A stretch of DNA of 50,362 bases from an uncultured Leptolyngbya sp. (GTDB lineage: Bacteria; Cyanobacteriota; Cyanobacteriia; Leptolyngbyales; Leptolyngbyaceae): positions 1 to 50,362 of the forward strand of contig CAXTDB010000003.1 of assembly GCA_964242045.1 (NCBI GenBank), written 5' to 3'. The notes beneath the pieces were generated by a model. It had not been told where the DNA came from. It saw only the letters and a list, made by a program, of their open reading frames with translations, and searched no databases. Of this stretch, positions 28,534 through 37,806 are shown one piece after another. Both the position numbers and the translations under genes were made by a program. Every line of letters begins with the position of its first letter. Within the stretch, counting starts at the first letter, position 1.

Positions 28534-29151
28534 GTGAACGCCATGATTCAAGCCATTCCTAAACCGTTTACGTTTGAAGAATTTGTCGCGTGGTATCCCG
28601 AAAACGGGCGCTACGAGCTAATTGATGGAATTGTTGTCGAGATGCAACCTACCGGACCGCATGAAGATGTGACTGAATTTGTTTCGACCGCGCTCACCCT
28701 AGAAGCAAATCGGCTGAAACTGCCCTATAAATTCCCCCGACGCGCACTGGTTAAAGCCCCTAGCTGGAATACGGGTTATCTCCCTGATGTCTTAGTCATT
28801 AACAAAGAGGCATTGGCAAGCGAACCTCTATGGCAGCGTGAAGCAACGATCACGCAAGGCGCTTCAATTCGATTAGTCGTAGAAGTAGTCAGTACAAACT
28901 GGGAAACCGATTACGCTCGGAAATTGGAAGATTACGAGGATATGAATATCACCGAGTACTGGGTCGTTGACTACATGGCTCTAGGTGGTAAGAAATATAT
29001 TGGTTTTCCAAAACGTCCCACGATTTCGGTTTACCAACTCGTTGACGGAGAATACCAGGTGCAACGATTTCGCGGCAGCGACCACATTCTCTCCCCAACG
29101 TTCAAAGAGCTACAGTTAACGGCTGAACAAGTCTTTGCGGTTGGAGGGTGA
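28534..29151 (+). CDS. Uma2 family endonuclease
   Basis: RYELIDG, PTGPHE, PDV, LVVEVVSTNW, DY..KL.DY and EYWVVDY. Confidence 0.95.
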   Translation: MNAMIQAIPKPFTFEEFVAWYPENGRYELIDGIVVEMQPTGPHEDVTEFVSTALTLEANRLKLPYKFPRRALVKAPSWNTGYLPDVLVINKEALASEPLWQREATITQGASIRLVVEVVSTNWETDYARKLEDYEDMNITEYWVVDYMALGGKKYIGFPKRPTISVYQLVDGEYQVQRFRGSDHILSPTFKELQLTAEQVFAVGG

Positions 29152-29158
29152 GATCCCA

Positions 29159-30826
29159 ATGGCAACAAATGACTCTACTCCTGAAACACCAGATGTCTTA
29201 TCAGGTTGGGAGGCATTCACGGAGCTTTGGAACACTGACATTCCTAAAGTTTCAGATTGGATTGAGCGAGCCGAAACTTGCTTGATCACGCTTCTCAAGG
29301 CAAAAGACACAACCGATGTTAACCTCAGCAGCGAACTGAAGCTGTGCAAGACACGCTTAGAATCTGCAAAACCCCTGATTGATGGAGTCTTCACACTCTT
29401 TCAATCTCTAGAAAAGCCACCCGAACTCAAAGAGCGATCGTCTCTCATTGCCAAACAAGTCGAAAGCATCAACAAGAAAATCACGTCTTTGAGTCGCCAA
29501 CTCGAAGAAGTTTCTAATTCTACGATCGCCAGCGCTCCAAAAGCAGGTCGGCTTTTTCGCGCCAAAACCTTTCACTCGCTGCCCACAAGCGCACCAATAA
29601 TTAGTTCATTGGCATCTCAAATGCGGCGTGATCTGTGGCACGAGCGAGATGGTGTTTCAGTTTTTGAGAAGCGATCAAAGAGTAATCCTCAGAACTACAT
29701 CGAGCATTATATTTCTGGTCCTGGAGATATTTCTCTGCTTCCGTGGGATGCCGCCGAAAAGATCATCAATCAATTCGGCTTCAATACGGTCAGACTGCAA
29801 CTGCTGCTTGCAGCTCACGCGATGAATCTGGCAGAACCTTGGAATGGCTCCTTTACCCTCTCTGGTGAAGATCTACTTAAAGATCTCGGCTGGAACAATC
29901 GAAAAGATATTTCACTCAGCAAGAAGCTTTCTGAGTTGGTGAACTGTGCTTTCGCGCTAGACTGCCTACTTGTCAAGGTTGAGTGGAAAGAAGGACAGCC
30001 CACAAAACGTGGAATGGAAGTAACCGTCGAGACTTCCAGAATGTGGAATATTGCCATTAGTGCAACCGGACAGAAGAATCTTCTAACTGGTGAATTGGAA
30101 GATATTCAGAAAGCTGAATTCCAAATCCGACCTGGTGCCTGGACAGAGAAGTTTCTTAATCGTGGTGGTGCGAAAGCAAGAGAAGCACTTTATCAATTTG
30201 GGTATCTCGCTCAAAACGTTTTGTCGATCGACCCCTACCACAATGAGCTTGCTTTACGATTAGCCATTCATCTTAGCGTAGAAAGCAGAATTCATCAATC
30301 TGGAGGCTATCGAGTCCGAACTTTACTGGAGTCTGTCCTAGTGGGGTACGAGAACAAAATCATTCAGGCTCGACGTGATCGCGACAAAGCCCGCGATTTG
30401 ATGAACCAATGGAATGAAGCCTTGAGGACTTTTTTCAGAATCGGATGGTTGATCGAGTTTGACGAGAGTTACCCGGAGATTCTGAGACCCGACAGTAAAG
30501 CTCGCAGACCCAAAGGCTACCTAGATATGTTGTTGGAAAGCAAGCTGACGATCCAGCCATCTGATCCGATTCCAGACTTACTCTCCAGAATTCAAGCCAG
30601 TCGAAGTACACGCCAGAGCTTGCCTAAACCTCGATCGCTTCCCAGTGCAAGCCAACCTTTAACGGGCGACCAGATTCGTGCTGCTCGCAAAAGCCAGAAA
30701 TGGAGTCAAGCGAAGTTAGCGGGGCTTTTAAGCATTTCACAACCACTGATCTCACAAATCGAAGCCGGAACCCGCGAACCGACTCCAGAAATTGAGGCAG
30801 GACTCAGAAGACTCCTCAATCTCTAA
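29159..30826 (+). CDS. Putative plasmid replication initiator-like protein with a C-terminal XRE HTH
   Basis: C-terminal QIRAARKSQKWSQAKLAGLLSISQPLISQIEAG is a clear XRE HTH. The Rep function is inferred from the adjacent iteron-like region and primase-helicase. Confidence 0.6.
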   Translation: MATNDSTPETPDVLSGWEAFTELWNTDIPKVSDWIERAETCLITLLKAKDTTDVNLSSELKLCKTRLESAKPLIDGVFTLFQSLEKPPELKERSSLIAKQVESINKKITSLSRQLEEVSNSTIASAPKAGRLFRAKTFHSLPTSAPIISSLASQMRRDLWHERDGVSVFEKRSKSNPQNYIEHYISGPGDISLLPWDAAEKIINQFGFNTVRLQLLLAAHAMNLAEPWNGSFTLSGEDLLKDLGWNNRKDISLSKKLSELVNCAFALDCLLVKVEWKEGQPTKRGMEVTVETSRMWNIAISATGQKNLLTGELEDIQKAEFQIRPGAWTEKFLNRGGAKAREALYQFGYLAQNVLSIDPYHNELALRLAIHLSVESRIHQSGGYRVRTLLESVLVGYENKIIQARRDRDKARDLMNQWNEALRTFFRIGWLIEFDESYPEILRPDSKARRPKGYLDMLLESKLTIQPSDPIPDLLSRIQASRSTRQSLPKPRSLPSASQPLTGDQIRAARKSQKWSQAKLAGLLSISQPLISQIEAGTREPTPEIEAGLRRLLNL

Positions 30827-30904
30827 AGTTCAGCCGCAATCGATCGTGCTCAAGCCGAAGACAAAGAGGAAACCGTCAGGTTAATCCTCATGGAGTCGTG
30901 CGGC

Positions 30905-31145
30905 TTTATTACAACCGTTTATCCCGCTGTTCGCGGCGAAAAGTTGTAATAAAAAAATTAATTGAAAAAATAGACCTCAAAGCCTTACACAGCAAAGCTT
31001 TAGCCGTTATTACAAAATTGCCGCATCGTCCCACAATTTGCCCGGATCAACCCACAATTCGCCCGGATCAACCCACAATTCATTTTTAAAAGCCTTACAC
31101 CGTCAAGCTTTCAGCGTTTTATTACAACCTGATCAATATTGATCA
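30905..31145. repeat. Putative replication origin: 21-bp iteron-like repeats, flanking direct repeats and palindromes
   Basis: CCCACAATT(T/C)GCCCGGATCAA at 31030 and 31051, partial at 31072. AAAGCCTTACAC..AAGCTTT..TTATTACAA at 30979 and 31089. Inverted repeat TTTATTACAAC/GTTGTAATAAA at 30905/30943. Palindrome TGATCAATATTGATCA at 31130-31145. A-tract at about 30948-30970. Confidence 0.7.
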
Positions 31146-31321
31146 ATTTAAAGCAAACGCAAAACGGCTTTTTGAAAACCTGGCAAGATTTGGCAGTCCA
31201 TTTTCTTTGGAGAGATTGAACGCCCTATGCCCCCTCACCTTAACTTCCAAACTTGTCAGATTTATACCGATCGCCATTCAGGAAGAACTGCTCATTTCTC
31301 GCCATCGCTTGGAGGTGACAA

Positions 31322-34300
31322 ATGAAGGATTTCACCTCAACTCGTCGCAACAATCCCTGCCAACTTTGCGACGACACGAAAGGAAAGTGCCGAGAAACAC
31401 TCAGCGTTCGCCTCTGTATGACCTTTGCAGATGCGATCCAGTCTGTTCCAGGGTTCAAGTTCATCGGGCGCACAAAAGACGATTTGTGGGGCAAATGGGT
31501 CGAGGACAACGATCGCACCTGGACAGAGCAAGAACGAGATCGCTGGCGACAGGAACAGCGCGATAAACGTCAACGACGCGCCGAAGAAGAAGCCCAACGT
31601 CGAGCGGCTTCGATGACCGCTGAAGAACGCGATCGCCATAACCGCCAACTTCTCGATCAACTGACGCTTCACCCTATCGATCGTGCCGACCTGCACAGAC
31701 GAAATCTCACTAATGAGCAGATTGTAAAATGGGGCGTGAAGTCCGTCGAGCAGTGGCAAAAACTAGAACGCGAACTGCCACATACTTTACCAGGTGTAAA
31801 TCTCACTGGAGACTCGCTGAACGTTCCCGGTGCTGGGTATCTCTGTCCGATTTACGACGTTGAAGGATTTTTAGTCGGGTTTCAGATTCGACTGCGTAAC
31901 GGTGATACTCGCTATCTCTGGCTCACCGGCGCTACTAGAAAACGCCCGAATGGTGCAACGCCTCATTTACCAAACGGTGAGCTTCCACTGGCTGTCCATC
32001 GTCCAGAGCAGCTCGTCAAGCGAAACATTGCTTTTACTGAGGGAGTCGGAGCCAAGCCGTTCATTACGTCCCAGCGTCAAGGACAAGTTACAATCGGTGC
32101 AGCAGGCGGACAATTTGCCAGCAGTTCAAAAACACTCAAAGCAACCCTCGATCGTCTTTCAGTTGAGCTAGATACTAAAACAATCGACTTCTACCCCGAT
32201 GCAGGTGCGATTCATAACCGTCATGTGATGCGGCAGTATCGCAGTACTTGGCGCTTGTTGCGAAAGTGGAACTATCAAGTTCGGGTCGCCTGGTGGCAGC
32301 AAGAAACTAAAGCAGCGCCGGATGTTGATGAACTAGAAGATTTCAGCACGATCGCTTGGCTTTCAACCGCACAAGTCGAAGCAATGGCTCATCCTCGCTT
32401 TGATTGGTTGGAGCAAATCAAGAAAAAGCTACAACAGAAATCTAAACCTGTAGAGTCGGCAGCAGCACTGCGAGTCACGTTAGATGAAAGTCAGATTTAT
32501 GAGTATGCAGCAGGCGATCGACTTCAAACCTGGCAAACCGCGCTCGCTCAAGGATACCGCTATGTTCTCGATCGTTCACTTCCCGGTTGCGGCAAATCTT
32601 ACGATTCTGGCAACGTAGACCCTAAAAACTTTGAAGCCGCGCAGATTATCTACCTGTCCGACCAGCACCGCAATCCAACCGTCGCAACGCTCGATGTTAT
32701 GAATGGCTGGATTGATTTAGAAGCGCGACATGCAGGACTCACCAGAGAAACAACCCCTGGCGGCAAAACACGACTGCGACGATCGGGAAAAGGAGAAATT
32801 CCGCACATTGCAGCAAATTGCAATCGTAATCAAGTGATCGCCGCACTCAGAGCCAAACACGTAAGTGGAGCAGATACAGCCGCTACCATTTGCAGCACTT
32901 GCCCTCTACGCGAACCCTGTACTCATTCAGAAGGGACAGGCTATGGTTTCCTGAATCAGCGCCATTCCGCACTTTCTTCGCCTAAACTGCGGGCACATCC
33001 TGACAGCTTGCCTGATCCAAAAGATTACTCGCTTACAGACACAATTCTACTGGTAGACGAGCCAGGGCAGATTTTTCAGAACAAGCAAGACATCCAGATC
33101 ACCTTTCGAGATTTAGAACAAACCGTTCTCAAACTAATCGGTCATTCTCACTTATTTGAAGCAGTTGAGCCGCTGATTGCAGCATTACTGCCTTATCTAG
33201 ACAAATCCGAAAAGCTCGGCAGATTCGGCATTCAGCACCTCGAACTCATGCAAAAACTGCCCGTTCCAATCGTTGACCTTGAAGCACTATCACGAGTGCT
33301 TAACCCAGATCTCAGTTTCCTCAATACCACCGCACAACATGGTGTTGACCTTGCTGATTTACCACGGCAGCTAAGAAAGCAGTTCTCAGAGCGCGACACC
33401 CAAACCGCAGAGCAAGCAGAAGAGCGAGTCGTCAAACAATGGCTTCCCGATCTCATTCGAGTCCTAACTGGACAGATTTCAGGGGCATCGATTCGGATTA
33501 GCTACCAGGGATTGACGTTAACCCTACCGGACGATCGACATCGCGGAATCGCTCAATCTGCCAAAGCTGCCATTTTCTTAGACGGTACGCTTCAGCCGAT
33601 TGATCTCGCCCTCAAACTTGGTTGCAAACCTGAAGAAATCTTTGTCTGTCGGCAAGTCGTCCCCGATCAGCAAAATCTCAAAATCACTCAAGTCATCGAC
33701 TTGGGGCGTATGGGAGTACAACGTGGAGCAGACCAACAGAAGCGGGCAAATGCGATCGTCACTCACTACCTTGAAATCGACTCAGCAGCGAAAGTTATCG
33801 ATTTTAAGAAATTCGCAGAAGAAGGTATGGGAGTGTGGTGGCGCGATAGTCGGGGAACGAATGACTTTGAGCAAGTCAGTCGATTAATTCTTATTGGCAC
33901 TCCTTGTCGCAATCTAGCAGACCTGCAAGCGGAATATGCTGTCCTTGATGGTAGCTTTCCAGGTGAGAACGATCCCGGTTTCAAAGCATTTGTCGATCGC
34001 ACGATTCTAGCTGACATTCATCAAGCGATTGGGCGACTACGATCGCATCGACGGCTTAATGAGTCTCTAGAAATCATTCTTCTAAGTAACTTCTCGCTCG
34101 ATAGTCCCGCAACTCAAGTCAAAGCAGTAGACATCACTTTAGAAGCTGCAACGAAATGGGAGCGATTTGTTTTAGCAGTCAAATCAGCGATTGAATCGTT
34201 GACTACTTCGGGTGAAAAGATAACACAGACATTGGTTGCAAAAATTTCAGGCTATAAACAACAGTACCTTTCACGCCACTGGAAATTACTACAAACGCTA

Positions 34301-34579
34301 TTGAAATTCTCTAATAGCAGAAGTAGTAAAAAGACAGAATCACCTCCGGATGATCTCGTTTCTACTTTTGCGCCTGGATTAGAAGCAGCTTTTACATCCT
34401 GCAAAACTTACAGTGAGGTGCTTGAGACAACTAACGAGTTCTTTTTCGATTGGCTAAAGCCTGCTCAACATGAGTCTTTCTGGAATCAATTGAAGGCAGA
34501 AACGCAGATTCGTATTTTAGAAGCACTAATTTTTGTTCTACCGACTACACAATTGATAGCACTGGTCAGTGCTATCTAG
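31322..34579 (+). CDS. Primase-helicase-like replication protein (Zn finger + TOPRIM-like + SF2-like helicase)
   Basis: N-terminal CQLC..KC..C; TEG...PDAG...DVDE TOPRIM-like acidic motifs; Walker A SLPGCGKS; Cys cluster C...CSTCPLREPC; LLVDEP; QAIGRLR. Confidence 0.78.
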   Translation: MKDFTSTRRNNPCQLCDDTKGKCRETLSVRLCMTFADAIQSVPGFKFIGRTKDDLWGKWVEDNDRTWTEQERDRWRQEQRDKRQRRAEEEAQRRAASMTAEERDRHNRQLLDQLTLHPIDRADLHRRNLTNEQIVKWGVKSVEQWQKLERELPHTLPGVNLTGDSLNVPGAGYLCPIYDVEGFLVGFQIRLRNGDTRYLWLTGATRKRPNGATPHLPNGELPLAVHRPEQLVKRNIAFTEGVGAKPFITSQRQGQVTIGAAGGQFASSSKTLKATLDRLSVELDTKTIDFYPDAGAIHNRHVMRQYRSTWRLLRKWNYQVRVAWWQQETKAAPDVDELEDFSTIAWLSTAQVEAMAHPRFDWLEQIKKKLQQKSKPVESAAALRVTLDESQIYEYAAGDRLQTWQTALAQGYRYVLDRSLPGCGKSYDSGNVDPKNFEAAQIIYLSDQHRNPTVATLDVMNGWIDLEARHAGLTRETTPGGKTRLRRSGKGEIPHIAANCNRNQVIAALRAKHVSGADTAATICSTCPLREPCTHSEGTGYGFLNQRHSALSSPKLRAHPDSLPDPKDYSLTDTILLVDEPGQIFQNKQDIQITFRDLEQTVLKLIGHSHLFEAVEPLIAALLPYLDKSEKLGRFGIQHLELMQKLPVPIVDLEALSRVLNPDLSFLNTTAQHGVDLADLPRQLRKQFSERDTQTAEQAEERVVKQWLPDLIRVLTGQISGASIRISYQGLTLTLPDDRHRGIAQSAKAAIFLDGTLQPIDLALKLGCKPEEIFVCRQVVPDQQNLKITQVIDLGRMGVQRGADQQKRANAIVTHYLEIDSAAKVIDFKKFAEEGMGVWWRDSRGTNDFEQVSRLILIGTPCRNLADLQAEYAVLDGSFPGENDPGFKAFVDRTILADIHQAIGRLRSHRRLNESLEIILLSNFSLDSPATQVKAVDITLEAATKWERFVLAVKSAIESLTTSGEKITQTLVAKISGYKQQYLSRHWKLLQTLLKFSNSRSSKKTESPPDDLVSTFAPGLEAAFTSCKTYSEVLETTNEFFFDWLKPAQHESFWNQLKAETQIRILEALIFVLPTTQLIALVSAI

Positions 34580-34651
34580 AATTGATTCAGGCGCATTTCA
34601 CCACGCCTAAAACCATGCAGTCTTCATTGTCTATTCCAATTGGAGAATGAA

Positions 34652-34987
34652 ATGTCATCCACACGCCGCTACATGGCGATCGTACTTTACAAGTCGTCCT
34701 GTTCTGCACCGGACTATAAACCGTTGTATGAAGAATGTTGGACGATTATCGAAGCCAGCTCTGAGGAACATGCTCGACAGAAGGCGCACACTTACGCTCA
34801 ACAAGCGCAACACAGCTATAAGAACCAATTTGGAGAGACGATTACTGTTGCATTCAAGCAGATTGTAGATGTCGCACCCCTGCTCAGTGATGTTATTGAG
34901 GATGGTGCTGAATTGTATGCTCGATTCTTTCGTAACCATCAGGCGTACTGCCGGTTCGAGCCGCTTCTAGGCGGAGAACCTCTCTAG
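34652..34987 (+). CDS. DUF4288-like protein
   Basis: YMAIVLY...YEE...IIEASSEEHA..KA...YKNQFGETI...DGAELYARFF; GGAG RBS. Confidence 0.8.
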   Translation: MSSTRRYMAIVLYKSSCSAPDYKPLYEECWTIIEASSEEHARQKAHTYAQQAQHSYKNQFGETITVAFKQIVDVAPLLSDVIEDGAELYARFFRNHQAYCRFEPLLGGEPL

Positions 34988-35013
34988 TACTTCATCGGAG
35001 ATTTCTAGGATTT

Positions 35014-35856
35014 CTATGCTTGCGTCTGCAACCAGAAATCAACGTCTTGCAACGAGGAAAATTCTAGCAGCGCGATCGCCAATTCAGTCAGTTGAGCAGT
35101 CGAAAGTTGCTGAATCTGAGCCTGCTTTTCCGCCGAAATCGCTCCAAATCGATGAGAAAGCTGTTGCAGTACCATCACTGCGCCTTGCTCCTGCATTGCC
35201 TCTTGATAAACTCGTGTATGCTTCAGTTCACCTAGTCCTAACATCGTCTCAATTTCCTCTCGGCTAAGTTTCGGGAACTTGTAGACAAACAGCGTCTCAA
35301 TTAATTCTACATAGGCATTTTGAGTCTGTACATCCGTAAGCTCCTGCTGAATTCGGTTTAACAGGACTCGCCCTCGCTCCGGCGCGGCTTGATTTTTCAT
35401 TCCGAGCAATTGCATGACTCCTAGCCCTAGAGAGCGATCGCCGCACTCCGGCGGCAGTTTGTCTAAATAAATGCGCTGTAGACGAGGATTATTTTCAAAC
35501 TCTGAGTACTGTTTAGGAATGCGGGGATCAAAGCTTTTTTTCGTGAAAATTAGAACGGCTCGCCAATCGTTGCTGGGTTGATAGTCCTTCAAATACAGAT
35601 AAATCTCCCCGAAGAAGCGGTAATAAATGTTTTCACCTTTTTTGTCTTTGTAGGCTTGGGTTTCAACAAAGAAAATCGGCAGGTCGGTGGCATAGATAGG
35701 CGGAATCAGGATACCGTCGATCGTGAATGCGGTCTGCTTCACTTCCTGTGAACCAAACCCATAAGTCGTGCCTCTAGGATTGTCGTCATTAATCAACTCA
35801 AACAGCGTATTGGGCGCAATTTGGAAGAGCCGATAAAAAATGGAATCTGTTTTCAA
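35014..35856 (-). CDS. Rpn family recombination-promoting nuclease/putative transposase (DUF2887 + DUF4351-like)
   Basis: MKTDSIFYRLF, EVKQTAFTIDG, FFVETQ and LKHTRVYQEA; C-terminal RFG...LS..QL..L...LL.F....D...WL. Confidence 0.92.
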   Translation of the reverse strand: MKTDSIFYRLFQIAPNTLFELINDDNPRGTTYGFGSQEVKQTAFTIDGILIPPIYATDLPIFFVETQAYKDKKGENIYYRFFGEIYLYLKDYQPSNDWRAVLIFTKKSFDPRIPKQYSEFENNPRLQRIYLDKLPPECGDRSLGLGVMQLLGMKNQAAPERGRVLLNRIQQELTDVQTQNAYVELIETLFVYKFPKLSREEIETMLGLGELKHTRVYQEAMQEQGAVMVLQQLSHRFGAISAEKQAQIQQLSTAQLTELAIALLEFSSLQDVDFWLQTQA

Positions 35857-35902
35857 TTGCTTCTTAGGGAGAATGAAAGGATAGTGTACAGCACGTCTGG
35901 CA

Positions 35903-36187
35903 TCAAGACTCAGCCTCTAAACCCTGTAACGTTTTGCCAATATATTCACTCACAACTTTCTTCCCATTCCATCGATAAGCGTACCAGTAGGGGCCATGCA
36001 GTTTGCCGCTGGCGCATTTGCAGCCCTTTTTGCCGCATTTAATTTTTTCTAACTGGTATGTCACTCGCCCAGTTCTATGCTGGCTAACGATTTCTCGCCC
36101 TGGTTTAATAATGTTTTCTAGCTCAGCGATCGATTCATCTTCCAAAATTGCCGCCAACCAGTCGCGCAGCACTGTTAGCTTTGGCAT
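35903..36187 (-). CDS. DUF6788-like small zinc-binding protein
   Basis: KCGKKGCKCASGKLHGPYWYAY...SEYIGK. Likely start is ATG 36187. Confidence 0.75.
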   Translation of the reverse strand: MPKLTVLRDWLAAILEDESIAELENIIKPGREIVSQHRTGRVTYQLEKIKCGKKGCKCASGKLHGPYWYAYRWNGKKVVSEYIGKTLQGLEAES

Positions 36188-36540
36188 AGGATGATTACCT
36201 GTTGCAATAATTATGTCAAGTACCCCGCACAACGATCTCTTCTGTTCCAGAGAAATATCAATCAACTCTGAGCAACAATTCACGGGAGCGGGTACGGGCG
36301 TAAATGAGTTGTCCACCGGAAAAAATGTCTTATGTAAAGTTGTTACCAACACTGCAATTATAACTTACATAAGAAAATGAAAACGCTGTTAAATCATGCC
36401 TTTAGCTGTTTTTAGGGTATTGTCAAATTAACCGATGACAGTAATACCCGCAGTACCGCTTCTACCGTTTGTTCAAATTCCAGGGCTTTGTTGAGAAATT
36501 TGCGACTAAGGACTTATTCCTTAGTAATATCAACAATCGC

Positions 36541-37806
36541 TCATCTATCTACTGCTTTGCGACAGGTTTTCTTCGTCGTGCCACCCTTTAACCTCTTATA
36601 AATCTGGTCTCTCACCAAATATTCATTCGCAATTTCTTTCTGCTGAACCTGCCGAGCAATCGATTTATCCACCAAGATCGGCTCTAACAACACCGCAATC
36701 ACTTTCTGCTGAACATTCGATTTATCCACCTTTGGCTCTAACCACATCGGCACCAATTTTTCTCCCGACTTCAACCGAATCTGCCTATTCACCAACGCTC
36801 TCGGCTCAGTTCCATTGCTCAACTCCGCTACTAACTGCGCCGTCACTTGCGCCTCCTCTAGAATCGACTTATAAACCGTCATCGCCTGGTTGCCCGCGAG
36901 AATGTTCCGATTTCCTTTGTCAGTCGCATCTTGTCCCGTCACCAACACCCTACCCTCTAGATTCTGCGCTCTCAAAGCCTTAGTAAACGCGTTAATAACC
37001 GCATCCGCCAACTCATCATTTGCAGCATAAGCAATCTGAATATTGTTCTTCTGATCCGTCAGAATTTTCTCCATACTCGATTGCGCCTGCGCACTATTCC
37101 AGTTCGGCGTATATCGATCAAAAGCCAGATTAATCTCCTTGTTCTTAATCAACGGCTGCAATACTTTCCGCGCACCTTCTCTGTACTGCAACGCATTGTT
37201 ATCCGTTTGCGATCCATTGATCATCACGAGATTCGCACCTGGCTTCAAGCCAAATGCACGTTCGTGAAACTGATTAACAATGTATTGTCCCTGTAGTTTG
37301 CCCACACACTCATTGTCAAACGAAACATAGAAAGCAGTGTCCGGGTCGTTAATCAAGCGATCATAGGCAATCACCGGAACCTGACTTGCTTTCGCTCGTT
37401 GCACAATCACTGAAGCTTTATCACCATCCTGCGGATCAACTATAAGAATACAAGCACCCTTCGTTAGTGCATTTTCTGCTTGGTCTTGTTGAGTGTCCGC
37501 ATTGTTGTTTGCATCGACGAATGCAATCGTGACACCTGGAAGCGCTTGCTTGATTTCTCTTTTTAGAAAGGGCTGATCGTAATCCTTGTATCTTGTTGAA
37601 GAATCCGATTCTGGCAGCAAAACCCAAACATTCTTACATCCTTTCGTCGCAGCAAATTGTGTAGTGTTTGTACCTGTAGATGGATTACTTGCAGTATTCG
37701 TGCCAATGTTGGCATTATTTTGGTGACTGCAAGCAGCAATTACTAAAATAATAATTAGAGGGAAAAAACTACGAGCAAATCTAGCCATCGTCTTCATGTT
37801 CATCAT
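36541..37806 (-). CDS. Sugar ABC-type substrate-binding lipoprotein (XylF/ChvE-like)
   Basis: Lipobox LVIAAC, VPVIAYDRLI, YVSFDN..VG..QG, DNNA, AANDELA, VTGQDA and QAMTVYK. Confidence 0.9.
   Translation of the reverse strand: MMNMKTMARFARSFFPLIIILVIAACSHQNNANIGTNTASNPSTGTNTTQFAATKGCKNVWVLLPESDSSTRYKDYDQPFLKREIKQALPGVTIAFVDANNNADTQQDQAENALTKGACILIVDPQDGDKASVIVQRAKASQVPVIAYDRLINDPDTAFYVSFDNECVGKLQGQYIVNQFHERAFGLKPGANLVMINGSQTDNNALQYREGARKVLQPLIKNKEINLAFDRYTPNWNSAQAQSSMEKILTDQKNNIQIAYAANDELADAVINAFTKALRAQNLEGRVLVTGQDATDKGNRNILAGNQAMTVYKSILEEAQVTAQLVAELSNGTEPRALVNRQIRLKSGEKLVPMWLEPKVDKSNVQQKVIAVLLEPILVDKSIARQVQQKEIANEYLVRDQIYKRLKGGTTKKTCRKAVDR

Noticed and set aside
31030-31080. 21-bp repeats as a CRISPR array
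   Set aside because: The repeats are contiguous with no unique spacers and no cas genes; an iteron interpretation fits better.
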